NCBI GenBank assembly: GCA_036172245.1
Contig: JAYWIR010000002.1
Location: forward strand, 2,914,001 to 2,978,000
DNA: 64,000 nt
DNA from: Raillietiella orientalis
Lineage: Eukaryota
Reading direction: 5' to 3'
This document shows positions 1-13,300 of the stretch, piece by piece (positions within the stretch are counted from its first letter, which is position 1; each line of letters opens with the position of its first letter). Under the pieces are notes generated by a model. The model made no database searches and was not told where the DNA came from. It was given only the letters and a program-made list of their open reading frames with translations. A program made the position numbers and the translations under genes.

Positions 1-345
1 CGATCAATTTCAGGAATTTTATAAATGATGTAATGATTATTTCATAATTAGTGAAGTGCCAAATTCGAAAAAAGCATAAGCATGTAATTGGAAGAAGAGC
101 TGAACATTCTGTGTGGCCAAGTGGATCATCAAGTGGCAACCAGAGTGAAAATTGGTTTTGGTGAGCTGACTGAGGTGACTTTGGTGAGTTCGTCGAAAAA
201 AAGAACTCCCAACATGCAGGAAATGTCGAACCCTCGGAACTGAAGCATCAAAGCGTAGATGCTGAATGGAGCAAGGCTGATTTTCATCATCATCATGATA
301 GATCCTGTAGACAGCAATCATACAAAAATTAAGGGAACTGACTTT

Positions 346-346
<1 letters not shown>

Positions 347-388
<42 letters not shown>
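347..388. repeat. (GT)21 microsatellite
   Basis: Uninterrupted GT dinucleotide run read directly from the sequence. Confidence 0.97.
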
Positions 389-393
<5 letters not shown>

Positions 394-3300
394 CATAATA
401 AAAGGGGAATCCGAAGGGAACCTCCTGCGTTTTTAAGGCTACCTAAATCAACACGCGAACTCATGCAGGTCTGCCGTTTCGACTAGAATTTCAAAACTGG
501 ATCGCGAATTAAAAATCGTGTCTACGAGGTGAATATAGGCAAGCATTTATTTTTTTACCAGAAGTTTAGGTAATTCATTTTTAATAAAAAGTCAAACTCT
601 GAGAACGTAATTTCCTGCTGGCAAGAACATATTGTACAGAGCAAATAGGTTTTTCATGAAAAGCAGCCAAAAATGGCCTCCAAATGCCATTCTCCAGCAG
701 CAGAAACACTCATGAAGAGGGCTGTGTTTGGAGAATTAATTAGCTAGACATTCTAGATGCTAGAGACAGTATTTAGAAAGCTCAGAAACCAGGCACTCCG
801 GAAGACCCGCTAAACAGCTCAGTTCGGAGATGCATGCCTGCGGTATTTTACCAGCAATATGAAAAGTGAATCGAATATGCAGGGTGATGTTGCCTGAGGC
901 ACACGTAGGGCAGTTGTCCTGATGTGAGAATAAGGATGTGGTGGTACTGCCAATGGCTCTTTTGTATGCTGCGTACCGAGGCATCGTAGACAGTGGCGAC
1001 CGAACAACTCTTTCAGCTTCCATAATCCACCATCAGATATCCAATTCGTGTGTCCTTTCTTTGTTCATTTTTCGCCGCGATTCCCCGACCTCCTCGTATG
1101 CATTGAATGGTGTTACTCGAACCCTGATGACCAGTCCTGTGATATGTCATGTGATATGACAGAAATCGTAAAAGAACTACGGTAGATTAAACTACCTCTC
1201 CGCTTCTGCCCACTTACGAGGCTGCGGTTGTGTTCAGCATTTCCGAAACTTTAACTCCACTTTTACTAAACAAATTAAAGTTTCATTAGTGTAGTTTTCA
1301 CTGCATTTTTTCCGTAAGAACATTTAATTATCTACTCCTATAGTTCAAAACTTTTAAATTGCATATTGCAATTAGTATAACTTATTGCATCAATTTCGAA
1401 TAACTAAATGCTGATTACAAAGGCGACAAAGAGAGAGGATAACTAAGCTGAGACAGATCGAAGCGAATAATATGGTGAAAACGTAGAAATTCGGTTAGGT
1501 GGTTTCCCAGCCTCCTCCTTCAGTGATGATGCTAAATGAGCATGATGCGAAAGGAGTTCTTTTTGTCTACAGGACTCCTTTAGATTTCTCAGCAAATACG
1601 GAAGTCACAATCAAACTTCCTTAGCTTCATAAAAGGGAATAGTAATTTGGATTATTAGAGGGCCGCTTTAGTCTGTTTGAGCGAAATTACCCCGTCTTCT
1701 CAAGGATGATTAATTGCAGATCAATAAGCTGTCTTTTCGAAGTTTATTTATCGAAGGATTCAATATTTTATGAAGTTTATTCAACGTGAGCTGAATTTGT
1801 AGCAATAAAAATAGCTAGCACAAAAAAAAAAACAAAAAAGTTTTCTTGTTAATCGTATCATATGTTCATGTTGTTACATATTTGCACAAAATACTCGCAA
1901 GGATTTCCTTTAAGGGTCGGCAAAAACATCATCTCGAGCAAAAAGTGAAAGGTAAATCGGATTAAAAGACTGGTCTACAAAATTTTAGGTCTTTCTAACG
2001 AGTCTCGAAATTTCGCTTTAAGATGAGAAACTGTAAACAAACTATTACCAGTCGATCCCATTATTATCCCTACAAATTTCTAACAAAAAAAAAAAAAAGA
2101 AGAAAAGGGTTCCTATATGAAGGGTTCCATATTGGAAAAGCGAAGCAGGATGCTTAAAACCGACCATCATTTTTGAGAAAATCAAATTGCACAAAGAGTT
2201 GTTATGCAGCTTCTGTAAAAATATGACTTGAATACATTCATTTGCACTCCATTCATCGGAATAATCAACGGATTAGTGATTCAAGTTAAATACGTACTTA
2301 TCATTTTTTTCTGGTAATATCACGGGAACCAACATAAAGCTATTTGCCGAGACTGTGTACCCTGATCTTGTACAAAGGGCTGAACTGCGATCGGGGAAAG
2401 ATTGCAAACGACTTCAAACTCAGAAAGCCACCTCAGAGTGTACAGATTTTCTCGTTACTCTTGCCTGACAAAGTGCATGCAAATTTCTCTTCATAGTTTA
2501 AGCACAGATTGAATATTTCGTCGGTCAAATGTAGAAAACGTGCGCTCACCCAGTTCAGGCGTTTTCCACCTTTTGTGAAAATCAATGAGGCTTCCCAGCT
2601 CAAGATTATCCTACATGCTTTTCCATAGATGGCATCACATGAATATGTAATGATAGAATGTAAGCAATCCATTCAGATTCAACCTAAATAAAACTATGTG
2701 AATAAAATTTTATTCACGCTTACAGTGAAAACTGAAATCTTACAGAACTTCACTTGAGGTCCTCTATCTTCCAAATGCTTCGTTCGTGTTTCTGAACAGC
2801 AAATTTTCGATACATTTTCCATTTCATTTTTTGAGGAAATTAGTCGATTGATCGAATCATTTATGTCGGATCATTTGTTTCACACAACTGGACGATGCCA
2901 GTGTATCTATTGTCTTTTTTTCTTTCATTTATTTGTATTCTCCATCATTTAATCTCTCAAGCGATCTATCTGAAACGCTGCACGCTGCTTTCATCAAGCA
3001 GCACCTTCATCGCTAGCATCTTTTAGATCCTTGGCAAATACGAAGAAGCTCATAGAATACTTGGATTACATTTTCTGTTTTGCAAGCTGCATGCATCCCT
3101 TCAGAATTTAGCTCGAAAATTAAACGACAGTTTCTAAAGGGGCGTAAGAGCGAAGTCGTAAAAGGCCAGAAAGTCTTGGCAATGATGAAGAACCGGAGAA
3201 TTGGAACTAATTAATTATGATTAAGTTTTTTGGTTGCAGTTACCTGTTCTTCCAAAGCATGGTTTCATAACAAGGTTTCAAATCCACATAGTGAACTAGA

Positions 3301-3694
3301 CGGAAAAGAGTAGCCGATCCAGTTTTCCCATATTCATGGGTGCCAAAGAAAATTCTTTGGCAAAATAAACAACCGAGAAAACAAAACCGAAAATCTCGAG
3401 TTCTGCCTTCGAATCCTCACGAAACCCACGGAACTGCATGGAAACACTTTCCAGGCTCAATTTTCTGGCAATTCCACGTTAGGAGAACGCTCGTGAAGAC
3501 TGGAAATTTTTCCAGGAGGGCGAGTTTTCAAGGTTTTTTTCGGTAACGAAATTTGTCGGACAGCTAAATAAGCAAATCCGGCAGAAGGGCCAGCAGGGAA
3601 TCCAATGATTTCCGCACTCAAAACCGAGTCGTTGGGACGCATTTCGGCACCGGGAATCCCATTCGGATCCAAGCAGCATCTCTCCTGGTAGGAA

Positions 3695-3740
3695 ATGATT
3701 GACTCATTTTCCTATCTAGTTTCCCAGGTAACGTTCAATA
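3695..3740 (+). mobile_element. Possible highly decayed LINE (RTE/L2-like) RT-thumb fragment
   Basis: MIDSFSYLVSQVT resembles the V..F.YLGS.IT motif that follows non-LTR RT domain 7. Short motif match only. Confidence 0.25.
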
Positions 3741-5503
3741 AATATTGGATAAGTGGCTATCACGAAGTGGAAGAGCAGCTATGTATGAAGATTTTGGATA
3801 GTTTTTTTTTCGGCATGTTCGCCAACTATGCTTTTCATGATTTTACAAAACATTCCCACATAGATGAGCGACTAGGTTTAACTTTGGATTAACGACTATT
3901 GAGTGTGGTTTTTGTCGATAGGAATCAACAGCACGGATGCTACCAGAGTTTGATCCCGTTCGTTTTTCAAGGTGAGCAAGCCATTTTGTGAACTTGAAAA
4001 TTTTGCTGTCCGGAAACCTCGCGGCCCCCTCTTGAAACAGAAATGCAAGCTCTCGGAAACGGACGAATGTTTTTCAGGGTTTAACGACTTGCATTGCATC
4101 GAAGTACTTTAATTCTTTTCATATCGTGGGAATATTTCGCGCAACTCAGTGTTGAACACACCCGATGAAGGCTGCACACTTCCAAAGGTATGAACGCACT
4201 TTGTACAGTGTTGTTACTTTGTACTGTGAGTTGTGAAGCATAGCACGGAATCGATAAAGGAGTTATCGATTCAGTGATAAATAGCATCGTCCTATTTAAT
4301 CCAGTTTCACGGTTTCCTATAAACCAATGGCAAGATAGCGGATCGCAAATACGACAGTTTACTTACATCTCATGCAGTTTGAAATACAGTCGTATATAAT
4401 CTCTCCTGGTTATTGCTGCTATTGTACAAGAGCACTCTATGAAGCTAACGAACTGCTAAGAAAAAATGGCACTCTGTAATCGCATGAATGAAATAATGCA
4501 ATCGTCGTTCCCTTAACGATTGCGAAATATCATTCGTAGCTCAGTGGCTACGAATAACGAAGGAAGAATGAACAATTGTACAGTACGTACACAGTGTGCA
4601 CAGGCGGCGGAGCCGGAAAAATTCTGTTGGGATTTTTGTCGGAAACTTTCCTGTTGGAAATACCTGCATTTATAGTGATGCCCGAAATTTCTATTTGATT
4701 ATGTGCCAGGCACACGGAGCAGTGAGGAGTACTGAAAATAAGGGGGAAACGTGGAATTTTCCCACATACCACGCGCGTTCGCATTTCCTGTGAGCGAAAA
4801 TGATCGAAAAATCACCGTCTTTACGATGCGAGGAACACGTGGAGTTGAGCTTCGTTGATTGTGTGGCAGAAAATTCTCGCCGGCAGTCGAAAGTGGCATC
4901 AACTGACCAGACCTCCAGCGTCCACTTCCCTGGTCCACCTGCGTCCCTCTTCAGTGGAAGCAGCTTCCGAGTTGTGATTCTTTGGCCTCTGCTGTGAAGC
5001 TGGCTCAGGAGCCGAAGAAACCTGCGCAAGGCATCGAAGCTGTATGCGAGGGAGAATCATGTCCACCAACCTTTGCAAATAAATAAGAATCGAGTTCTTC
5101 GTTCAGCAAGGAAAAGAAGCATTCAGGGGTAGAGTTCATCGACTCCTAAATCCTTTGACGCTTTTCCTTCCACAAGACATCACTGACTTCCTCTCCCCAG
5201 GAGAGGACCACCGTGGTGGACACAACATAAACCCAATACAGTAATGCATTCGACATTTCTGAAGCAATACGAAAAGATCGTGTAATTCTTGCTCTAAATT
5301 AATTATGGAATCCACTATCTGTGTGTTCAATAGTAGATACCAGATGATGAATGACCATGAATGCTTGTGCAGTGTATGGTCACACTGAATGGACCTCTGA
5401 GTGTTTGTCACCAAAATGCAGAGTTTTTCTTTGGTTAACGAATAAAGTAAATCTTGAGAAATAAGCAATTTCAGTTTAAATCGCAAATTTCTAGCAGTCC
5501 TTA

Positions 5504-5536
<33 letters not shown>
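5504..5536. repeat. (TAG)11 microsatellite
   Basis: Perfect trinucleotide run read directly. Confidence 0.95.
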
Positions 5537-7264
5537 CAGGACAGACAAAATACCTGAATTTGAAGGTCAAGTGAAGCAAAAGTATTTTTATTCCTCGGAT
5601 CTCTGAGTCTGAAAATCATTGCTTGAAACCATTTTGCGGTCAACATGCTGAGAAACTTTGCAACTGAATAAAATTTCAAATACATTTTGTATGGTTGTAA
5701 AACACCAGCATGGAAAAAAACAAAAAACAAAAAAAAATGCCTTTACTTCATCAGAGTACACGTATGCTTAAGCTCCGTAACTGCTTGACCTTTCTGGCTG
5801 CAAGTTCATTCAAACTTGTATCCGGCGAGGCATCTTCGAGGCATTTTCGTTTGCTCTTATGGAGCAAATTTAATGTAACGTGCGCAGTGCATTTCGCTGG
5901 GCACGAAACAACCAAAGATTATGGGCGATCTTTCACGGCTCGATTCCAAGTGGATTTCCTAGATAGCTAAGATATTGGGATGCCAAGATGCGATGGAAGA
6001 TCGTCATTTTATGGACATTTCGATAACAACTTTTCAAAATGAAGATCGCGATTTGATTCGAGTGTTACTCGTTGAAACATTTCTATGCAGGCCGGCTGTT
6101 CTCACGGGACTTTTTAGTGGATGCCTGTGTTCGTCTATAAGAGAGGAATTGGTCCAGAGCGGTGAAAATCGAAATCCCGAGCGTTTCCTTCGATCTATGG
6201 AATTGAAAGAGATGCCGACCCGCGAGGAATGAGGGAGTTCCGTGTTCTCCAGGGCTCAGTTTCTGCGAACGCGACCGACAGCCGCGAAAGATCTTGCAGG
6301 ACTGCCAGCTTCTTCACGGCTCGCTGAGGAAACGCTTCCCACCTTCTTCTGTACAGGCAGCTTTCGTAATTTACGTACGAGTTTTGCTCACGTCACGTGC
6401 ACGCGGATGCTCCCCATTCTCTATTACGACGATTCTCCCATCACAACACACATTTTTGAAACTGTATGGGATTTTGGGGTGATGCTCCACCGAAAATGCA
6501 TCTCCGGATCAGGTGTTGTGCCCTTGCTCTCACGTATTTTTTGTGTTCGAATGTCTTTGAGGCACAAGTGAATTTAGTTTTCCTGTTGCATAAATGTTAA
6601 AGGCATACTAATCACGAAGCGTAATTTTCAAACGAATGCCAAGAGAATTCGCACTCTAAACTCCAACTCAAAGCAGCAAATTGTCATTTTTGGCAAAGAA
6701 TGTCGGATCCACCAATTGAAAAAGGAACGGTCGAATTTTCATTAATAAAGAAGCATAAAAACACAGAATCTGCACAAGCGTAATAAAACGGAATTAATTC
6801 AATGCAATATAGAGAACAGCTAAGATGAAAGATTCATCGGGAGACTCCTTGTTTAATTTTGTTCTTATCTGCCGAAAAGATCCTTCTACGACGTAAAATG
6901 AACTGAATATGAAAATAGTAAATGAATGGATATTCGATCAGTGGATATGTGTGGAAACGACATATGCGTTTCCTAAGCCAAAATCTGGCGCCTGTTTCGA
7001 AACTACGTTTGGATGAAACGAAGGATAATTTCAGATAAATTAATTCCTTTTCAAATCAGCGCTTCTTTATTTTCATTCTTCAATTCCTTCCACGAGGATG
7101 AAAATTATTTCGGATTTCGAGTAATTTTCCAATTTGTTGATTCTGCAGCGCTTGGCCGTAAAGCCGCGGTCGTTATCCTCCTATCTATGGCCCCAAGTAT
7201 TAACTATTAGCAATATGATGTCATGTGGTAGACACATTACCATCTTTGAATGCCACCACCTCAT

Positions 7265-7330
7265 GCGAAGATCGATTCCAAGATAACTGAAACCGATTCG
7301 GAGTTCAGATGGTTACCATTCTTAATGACA
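7265..7330 (-). mobile_element. Possible decayed LINE RT-thumb fragment
   Basis: Minus strand reads VIKNGNHL, then after a frameshift GFSYLGID, resembling I.G..LE.V..F.YLG+ of non-LTR RTs. Confidence 0.3.
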
Positions 7331-10300
7331 GTATCGAGAAACCATGGTCAACTATTTCTCGATAGGATCATTGGGACAGAATGTCATCAACTTCCATTTC
7401 GTTGAACTTCACTGCTCAGAGAAATACATTGGTACCTTTTTTATAGTTTGCATGATATTCCAATTCAAGAACTGCCCACCGTCAATCATTCAAAGTGTAC
7501 TTTTTGGAATTTTTTTCCTTTTCAGCTTCTATATTGCATTTCTTTTTGAAGGGGGGGGTGGGGGGTGGCTTCTTGTTGCTGGTGACTACTGAATGTCGTC
7601 TATCCTTATGTCTCGATATGAATAGTAGGCGTTCAGTGCTGCATCACAAAGCCTTTCCGAAAAGTTTGCCTTCCTGAAATACGGATTCACAACCTCAAGT
7701 GGCAAATATATGGATATAAAGAAGAATGCTTGGAGACAAAAATTTAATGATTCAAATGAATGAGAGAGCTACAGGGAGGGAAAAAAAAAAAAAATAGTTT
7801 AGTGTATTTTGCACCTGCTGTTCAAAGCTGACGTCTGTTTTCGGGAATTTCTTGAGAATGCTCTCCATGAACTTTGTTCTCTTTCAGAACTAATCTTTGT
7901 CGAATTTCCTAGACTGAGTGAAAAATCCAAGATCTTCTCCGAACCGATTCTCCGTGGACTGTTGCTCTTCGGCGGTTAAGCAGCGATCACACAAACTTTC
8001 CTCTTCACGTGAAGGAGGAATGTTTACGATTCAGAAAATTCCATGAATTTCCGTCTCACGATCCGAGCTGTTGTTATAAGAACGGAGGTGAAATTTGTGT
8101 CGGCGCTGAAAGGCCGTAGTAGACGCCAATCCAAGGGGTACCACGACACGGTTGAAACTGTTGCATGCTATCTGAAAAAAGCCCCTTGAAAAAAAAAAAG
8201 GAAAAAAAGATTTCCGTGGCGGTCGATCCTCGGTGGAAAATGAAGCACATGGCATTTTTCGACGAACTCACTTTATATCATGTATGTGTTACTCCTTCTG
8301 AAGGTCTGAGATGTGGATTTAGAACACATGATTGGTCTTGATAACTTTGCTCCAATTCAGCCTTGTCAGAGAACTGGAATGATCGGAACGGCTTTTAAGT
8401 GTGAACGGATCACAATCGGTTTCATATTCACAGTGAATGTGATTCAGTACACTCGTGTACTATACGGTTTGCGCAGAACAAGAGTTGCAGTGTTGCCAAA
8501 AGACTGTAAGGGTGTGTGTGTGTGGTTCCTGTGGGCACCTCCCAGTGACTTCTTCAAGATTCGAATTGCACTTTATTAATTAGATTCGAAGGATCGAGCC
8601 CAGTAATCGTCCATTGCAATAACGATATGTCTGCTATGTTTGCGGACGTGGCCGCTTTTTGAAAGGTAATTTTTTGCTGTGCATTAAGAAGGAAAGGGGA
8701 CTTTGAAAAAGCGAGTTAAGCAAACGATACTTTGCCATGATATGATTGCAGTTCAAGCACGGCAAAGGTGGACAATTCATTAAGTGACTGAGCTATTCTC
8801 TAATCATTGCGATAAGTGATGCCGCTTCTCCGTGAAAGTTTTTTTTTTTTTTCTTTTTCGTAATCCGTAGGATCTGCGTCATCGAAAATGCATTGTCAAC
8901 GATGGAATAGAAATTCCTCGTAATTCGAAGGATTCCTCAGTGTTACCTTTAGTTGTATGCTGCCATGTTCTTCTAACTGGTTTCACAATCTCAGGACTCC
9001 TGCGTTCTCGTCGTTCCACAATCACAGCGATCTAAACGGCCATTCCAAGAACGAAAATGCTCCCTGGTAATTCTGCTTCCCCGGAATTTCGTAACTTGCG
9101 GATTACAACCGATTCACCGCAATAAATTAGGACTGAACTGAAATTCGAGAATCGCAGGTCATGAAATCAATCATCTTTTCCCGTATTTTGCCTTTGGAAG
9201 TGGTGGAAGGCTGATCGATTCCAAAAGGTTGTTTGTCTGGGTGAAGGAAAGACTGGTGATGGACGCGAAATGATCTTCCCGAGAGGTCAGCAATGTAACG
9301 TTCGAAGATACGACAGATCGTTCATGAATCTGCTTTATGGCTTTGTTTTAAAGTCCTCGGTGGAATGTTTTGCCCCGTGTCGACTCTAGTGGTGCAAGAG
9401 TTTTTTTTAGAACGCCGCTGGATATTACCTGCGAAAGATGCTGAAATCGTGGTTTCGAAATGGCTTTGACTTACCGGTTGACATCACATGCTGCAGTCGG
9501 TTATCTGAAAAGCAAGCTGAAATGTTTGTGTTTTAAGTGGCAAATGAATATGCGCAATCGGACTGTATGTACATACTTAAAGTCACTTTCAGTTTCATAC
9601 TTGGATGCATCAGTTTCTTGAAATACTGTATCATTCCAAAATACGTGGATCGTACTCAGGCTTCCAGTGAAGATCAATTTTTAAACCCGAAAGCTATATA
9701 AAATGCAAACACCTATAGGGAAACGAAATGGGCGAAAGGTAGAATGAGTCATCGGAACCATCCGTTTTGTGAACGCTGGTTGTAGAGTGACGGTTTCAAG
9801 CTTTGTCCTTTCGACAAGACGGTGGTTTCCATGGCTATCGCAAGGCGAGAGCGACAGCTGGGGGTCAGGTTGTGAAACCAACCATAGCAAACCAACGTCT
9901 TGACGTGTTGGTTGGTAAATCAAAAAGTATCTCAAGCAAGGACTTCCCTGTTGATGCTTGTACGGTACACCAGCCCATTCGAATCCAGTCAACGGAAGCG
10001 GAAGCTTGGCCGGAACCTTTTTTCAGAAGGCGCCATTTTTGAAGCCAGACGTCATTCTTTCAAGCCATAGTCTGTGGTGCGTTATCTGTTCCAAGTCTGC
10101 TCCTATACGGTCAGTCGGAGAGGAAAGAAATGCACAACTTTTACAGTTGCGTCCTTGATTTCAATATCTAATTTCCCAATGGGGCTTGGTGCACATTCTA
10201 CAAAGTTTGATTGCTTCATCCATCGCTTCTTCCGAGAACGGTAATTGAAGTCGGTATAAATCTCTAAAAAAAAAAAAAAAAACAAAAAAAAAAAAGGATG

Positions 10301-13300
10301 ATCAGCTACTTTTCCTCAACGGATTCAGTTTTTAAAAGTATGTGCTACCCATCTGTACCAGAAATGCACGCTCAATCAATGTGGAACGAACTGTTTCAAT
10401 GAATAATTGACCACCTTCGTGATGGAGGCAACTTCATCATGATGACAACCGATAAACAACTCTCTTATTTGCAGAGGGTCCCAAACGAAAGCATCCCAGG
10501 TGAAGCGCTTTCAGTCTTCACCTGGGATCATGTCAAAAAAAAAATCCTCAGATTCGATGGACCCTCCGGTAGAAACCCCGAATACGGAGGCGAAGTTCGC
10601 AGCCATGGAGATGCGCGAATTCATCTCCCGTACAGCCTCTTTCCGTTTCCAAGCTCAGCGTTGGGATGCACCACGGAATAAATATATTGCAAATTACGGG
10701 TGCAGTTGTATCTGTCTGATGTGGTTACGTCTTTTTTTTCAGAGGGGGTGGGGTGGGAGTTCATTAACCTTTTTTTAAAGGAAAGGACTTTTGTTGCAAG
10801 CTTTTATACCATTCAGAATAGTCGGTTGAAAGGAATATGGACTTCTTTGATGGTATGGGAACTTGCTTCTCAAAGTGTGCTAATAAGCGACAGAATTTAT
10901 CAAATGTGTTGTTTTCTCATGTTTGAGAAAGATCTCGTAATTTTTCATTTTACTTGGGACTAATTCGCATAAATTTCGATCCACTTAGAGAAAAAGTCAG
11001 ATGATGGCTTCTTCTCGTTTCAAGGTAAAGAAGACTCGAAAGAAGCACATGCAAACAGCTGATAGACGTCTCACTCCAGAACGGGGAGGCTGTGAAGCTA
11101 GCAACAGCACGTTCGAGTCTCTGGAATGAGGAACTCATCTGGTAAGCCCAATGAAACAATCTCGAGTGATAAGAGAGTGACACACAAAAAATAAAGATAA
11201 GAGGGTTCATAGGTCTCGCGCACACTCGTTTTTTTCGAAAAAGGGAAAAGCAAGAGTGCATTTTTCCAAGCTTCAGCGGAAAAACTCCCAAGACTAGGAA
11301 AGGAAGAAGAAGACGGAACGTGTTGATAACGAATGGAGCTCTCGCGTCTAGAATTTTCGGCTTCCACTAAGGTTCGAGGAGAAGAGATTCTTGGAAGCTG
11401 AAATTTACGCCTCAGCTCATCCGACCGCGGATCTGATTTCGTAAAACTGTTCATTTGGGATAACGGCCCCAATCTGCTTCCGAGTGATTCGAATTTTGCG
11501 TTTTTGGCTGACATCGTTTTTGGCTCACGAGTCTTGGTGTCTCTGCTTTGACTTCTCGTTTCTGTTGATAAAAGCCTTAGTGATTTCGTTGTATATTCGA
11601 ATAAGCAACAAAAACAGAAGTTCAAGCTGAAAGTTGCATTTACCGGTTGAAGTTTACTTCAACTGGGGAACTGATTTTCTCCATTTCACCCCCACTCCTC
11701 CCCGGAAAAGAAAACGAAAGCAAACATCAGAAAGTCTCTTATCTACCTGGCAGATTCGCAGTAGGTTATAAGAGACTTGGAATTTCATCTAGGAATATCT
11801 AAAAACACGAATCCGGATTTCATTTCTATCATGCATGTATTTGGTTTCACTCTGTTCCGTGGTGTCTGATCAACGTACACCCTCTGTAGAGTTGAAAGTT
11901 TCCACAGAGGACGTTTACCACACACAGCTCAGATTTCATTTTATTTTATTTTGAAAATTCGCCATGTTTACTTTCTGATGGGAGTTTGTTTCCCCATGCT
12001 TTGACTCGGATGATCGTTTCTGAAACAAGTGGTTGATGTTGAGAAGCAAAACACAGGCTCCCATCTCACATCATACTGAATACAGAAGTTGCTGTACCTT
12101 ACGGAAGCATCACCGGGTGCTCAACCGGATGGAGAGTGAAAGATGAGTGATTTCACGAGGAAGATTTCACGAAACCTGTATGAGAAAACGTGGGACTGGG
12201 AGAAACAGGAAAGATTTCGCGTTTGTCGTTAGCATCGGGACTTCAGTGTACTGGTTTCCTTCTTCTGGGAAAATGCAGAGCCCGCTGAGGATGGGGGATG
12301 AACCATGAGAGAAGATGGGATAAAAGCAATAGCTACGATCTTTACCGAAATGCCATATTGCACTCGAGACATCAAAACGATACAGCGAAGCAGTATACAT
12401 GTATACAACTTTGAAAGCTTTGACACAATTCTAAATGTTGAACAAGATATCACGCACACTTGAACTCTAATCGTTTGCCAAGATTTTTGCCAACGACCTC
12501 CATAGAATTCGTAGACATTTTTGTCAATCTATTGAATTTACTAACAAAAAGTACAGATTAAGCAGAGAGGTGTTAAGGTTATACCAATTCGGAAGAAGTC
12601 CAACCCTGGAAAGCAGAGTAGGAATTATAGGGGGAGGAAAAAAAAGCACTACCCAAGTCAGTTTTCGGAATTATCATTAAAATTGTGTGTTGACAGATGG
12701 AACACTTTTCAAGGATGTGTTCGAAAAGCATTCAAGACCAGTCTCGAACGAAGTGTTTCTGGGGATCTCCGAAGACTGCCTACTGCGGGGGCCATAAGTT
12801 TCAGCAAAAATTCTAGCTATGATACCGTGTCCTGGAAACGAGTTTGGACGGCTGGATCCCTCTAAAGAAAAAAAGAAAAAGAAAAAAAATGTATTTCAGG
12901 TTAGAAACATTAACAGGGAAGGAAATAAGAACCAGCTTCTCAATCTGCAATTGAACGAACATTTAAATCTCGTCCAAAGAACTTTGCTGGGAATTCTCAT
13001 CTGGACATGATGAAAATCTCCACCCACAGCTGGAATCCTTTGTGCTGTAATTTTCGTTACGGGAACCGAGGAAGATCTTTGGGAAGTTCCCGCTCCAGCA
13101 ATGAACCTAGTTGAAGACAAATGTTCACCAGAAAGCTAATTTCATCTGAATAGTACAAAAAGAGTCAACATTCTAAAGATGCTCCAAGGAAAAAGTGAAT
13201 CCCAAATTCAACCTCCAGATTTGTTCATAGAATCAGTAAGAAAGGCATTGCTCCTGGCCGCAGAGACAGAGTTGGAAGTGTCCTTTTATCTGATCCAACG

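Noticed and set aside
37..1159. ORFs and splice-like sites at the window start
   Set aside because: Partly created by the (GT)n repeat. No frame gave a recognisable protein, and the candidate exons contain in-frame stops.
1123..1170. CTGATGA...GAAA hammerhead-like core
   Set aside because: No stem II pairing between the boxes and no stem I/III. Other CTGATGA hits I checked failed the same test.
4532..4555. TAGCTCAGTGG tRNA A-box-like motif inside a 9-bp hairpin (similar motif near 38603)
   Set aside because: No B-box or cloverleaf downstream, so not callable as a tRNA or SINE.
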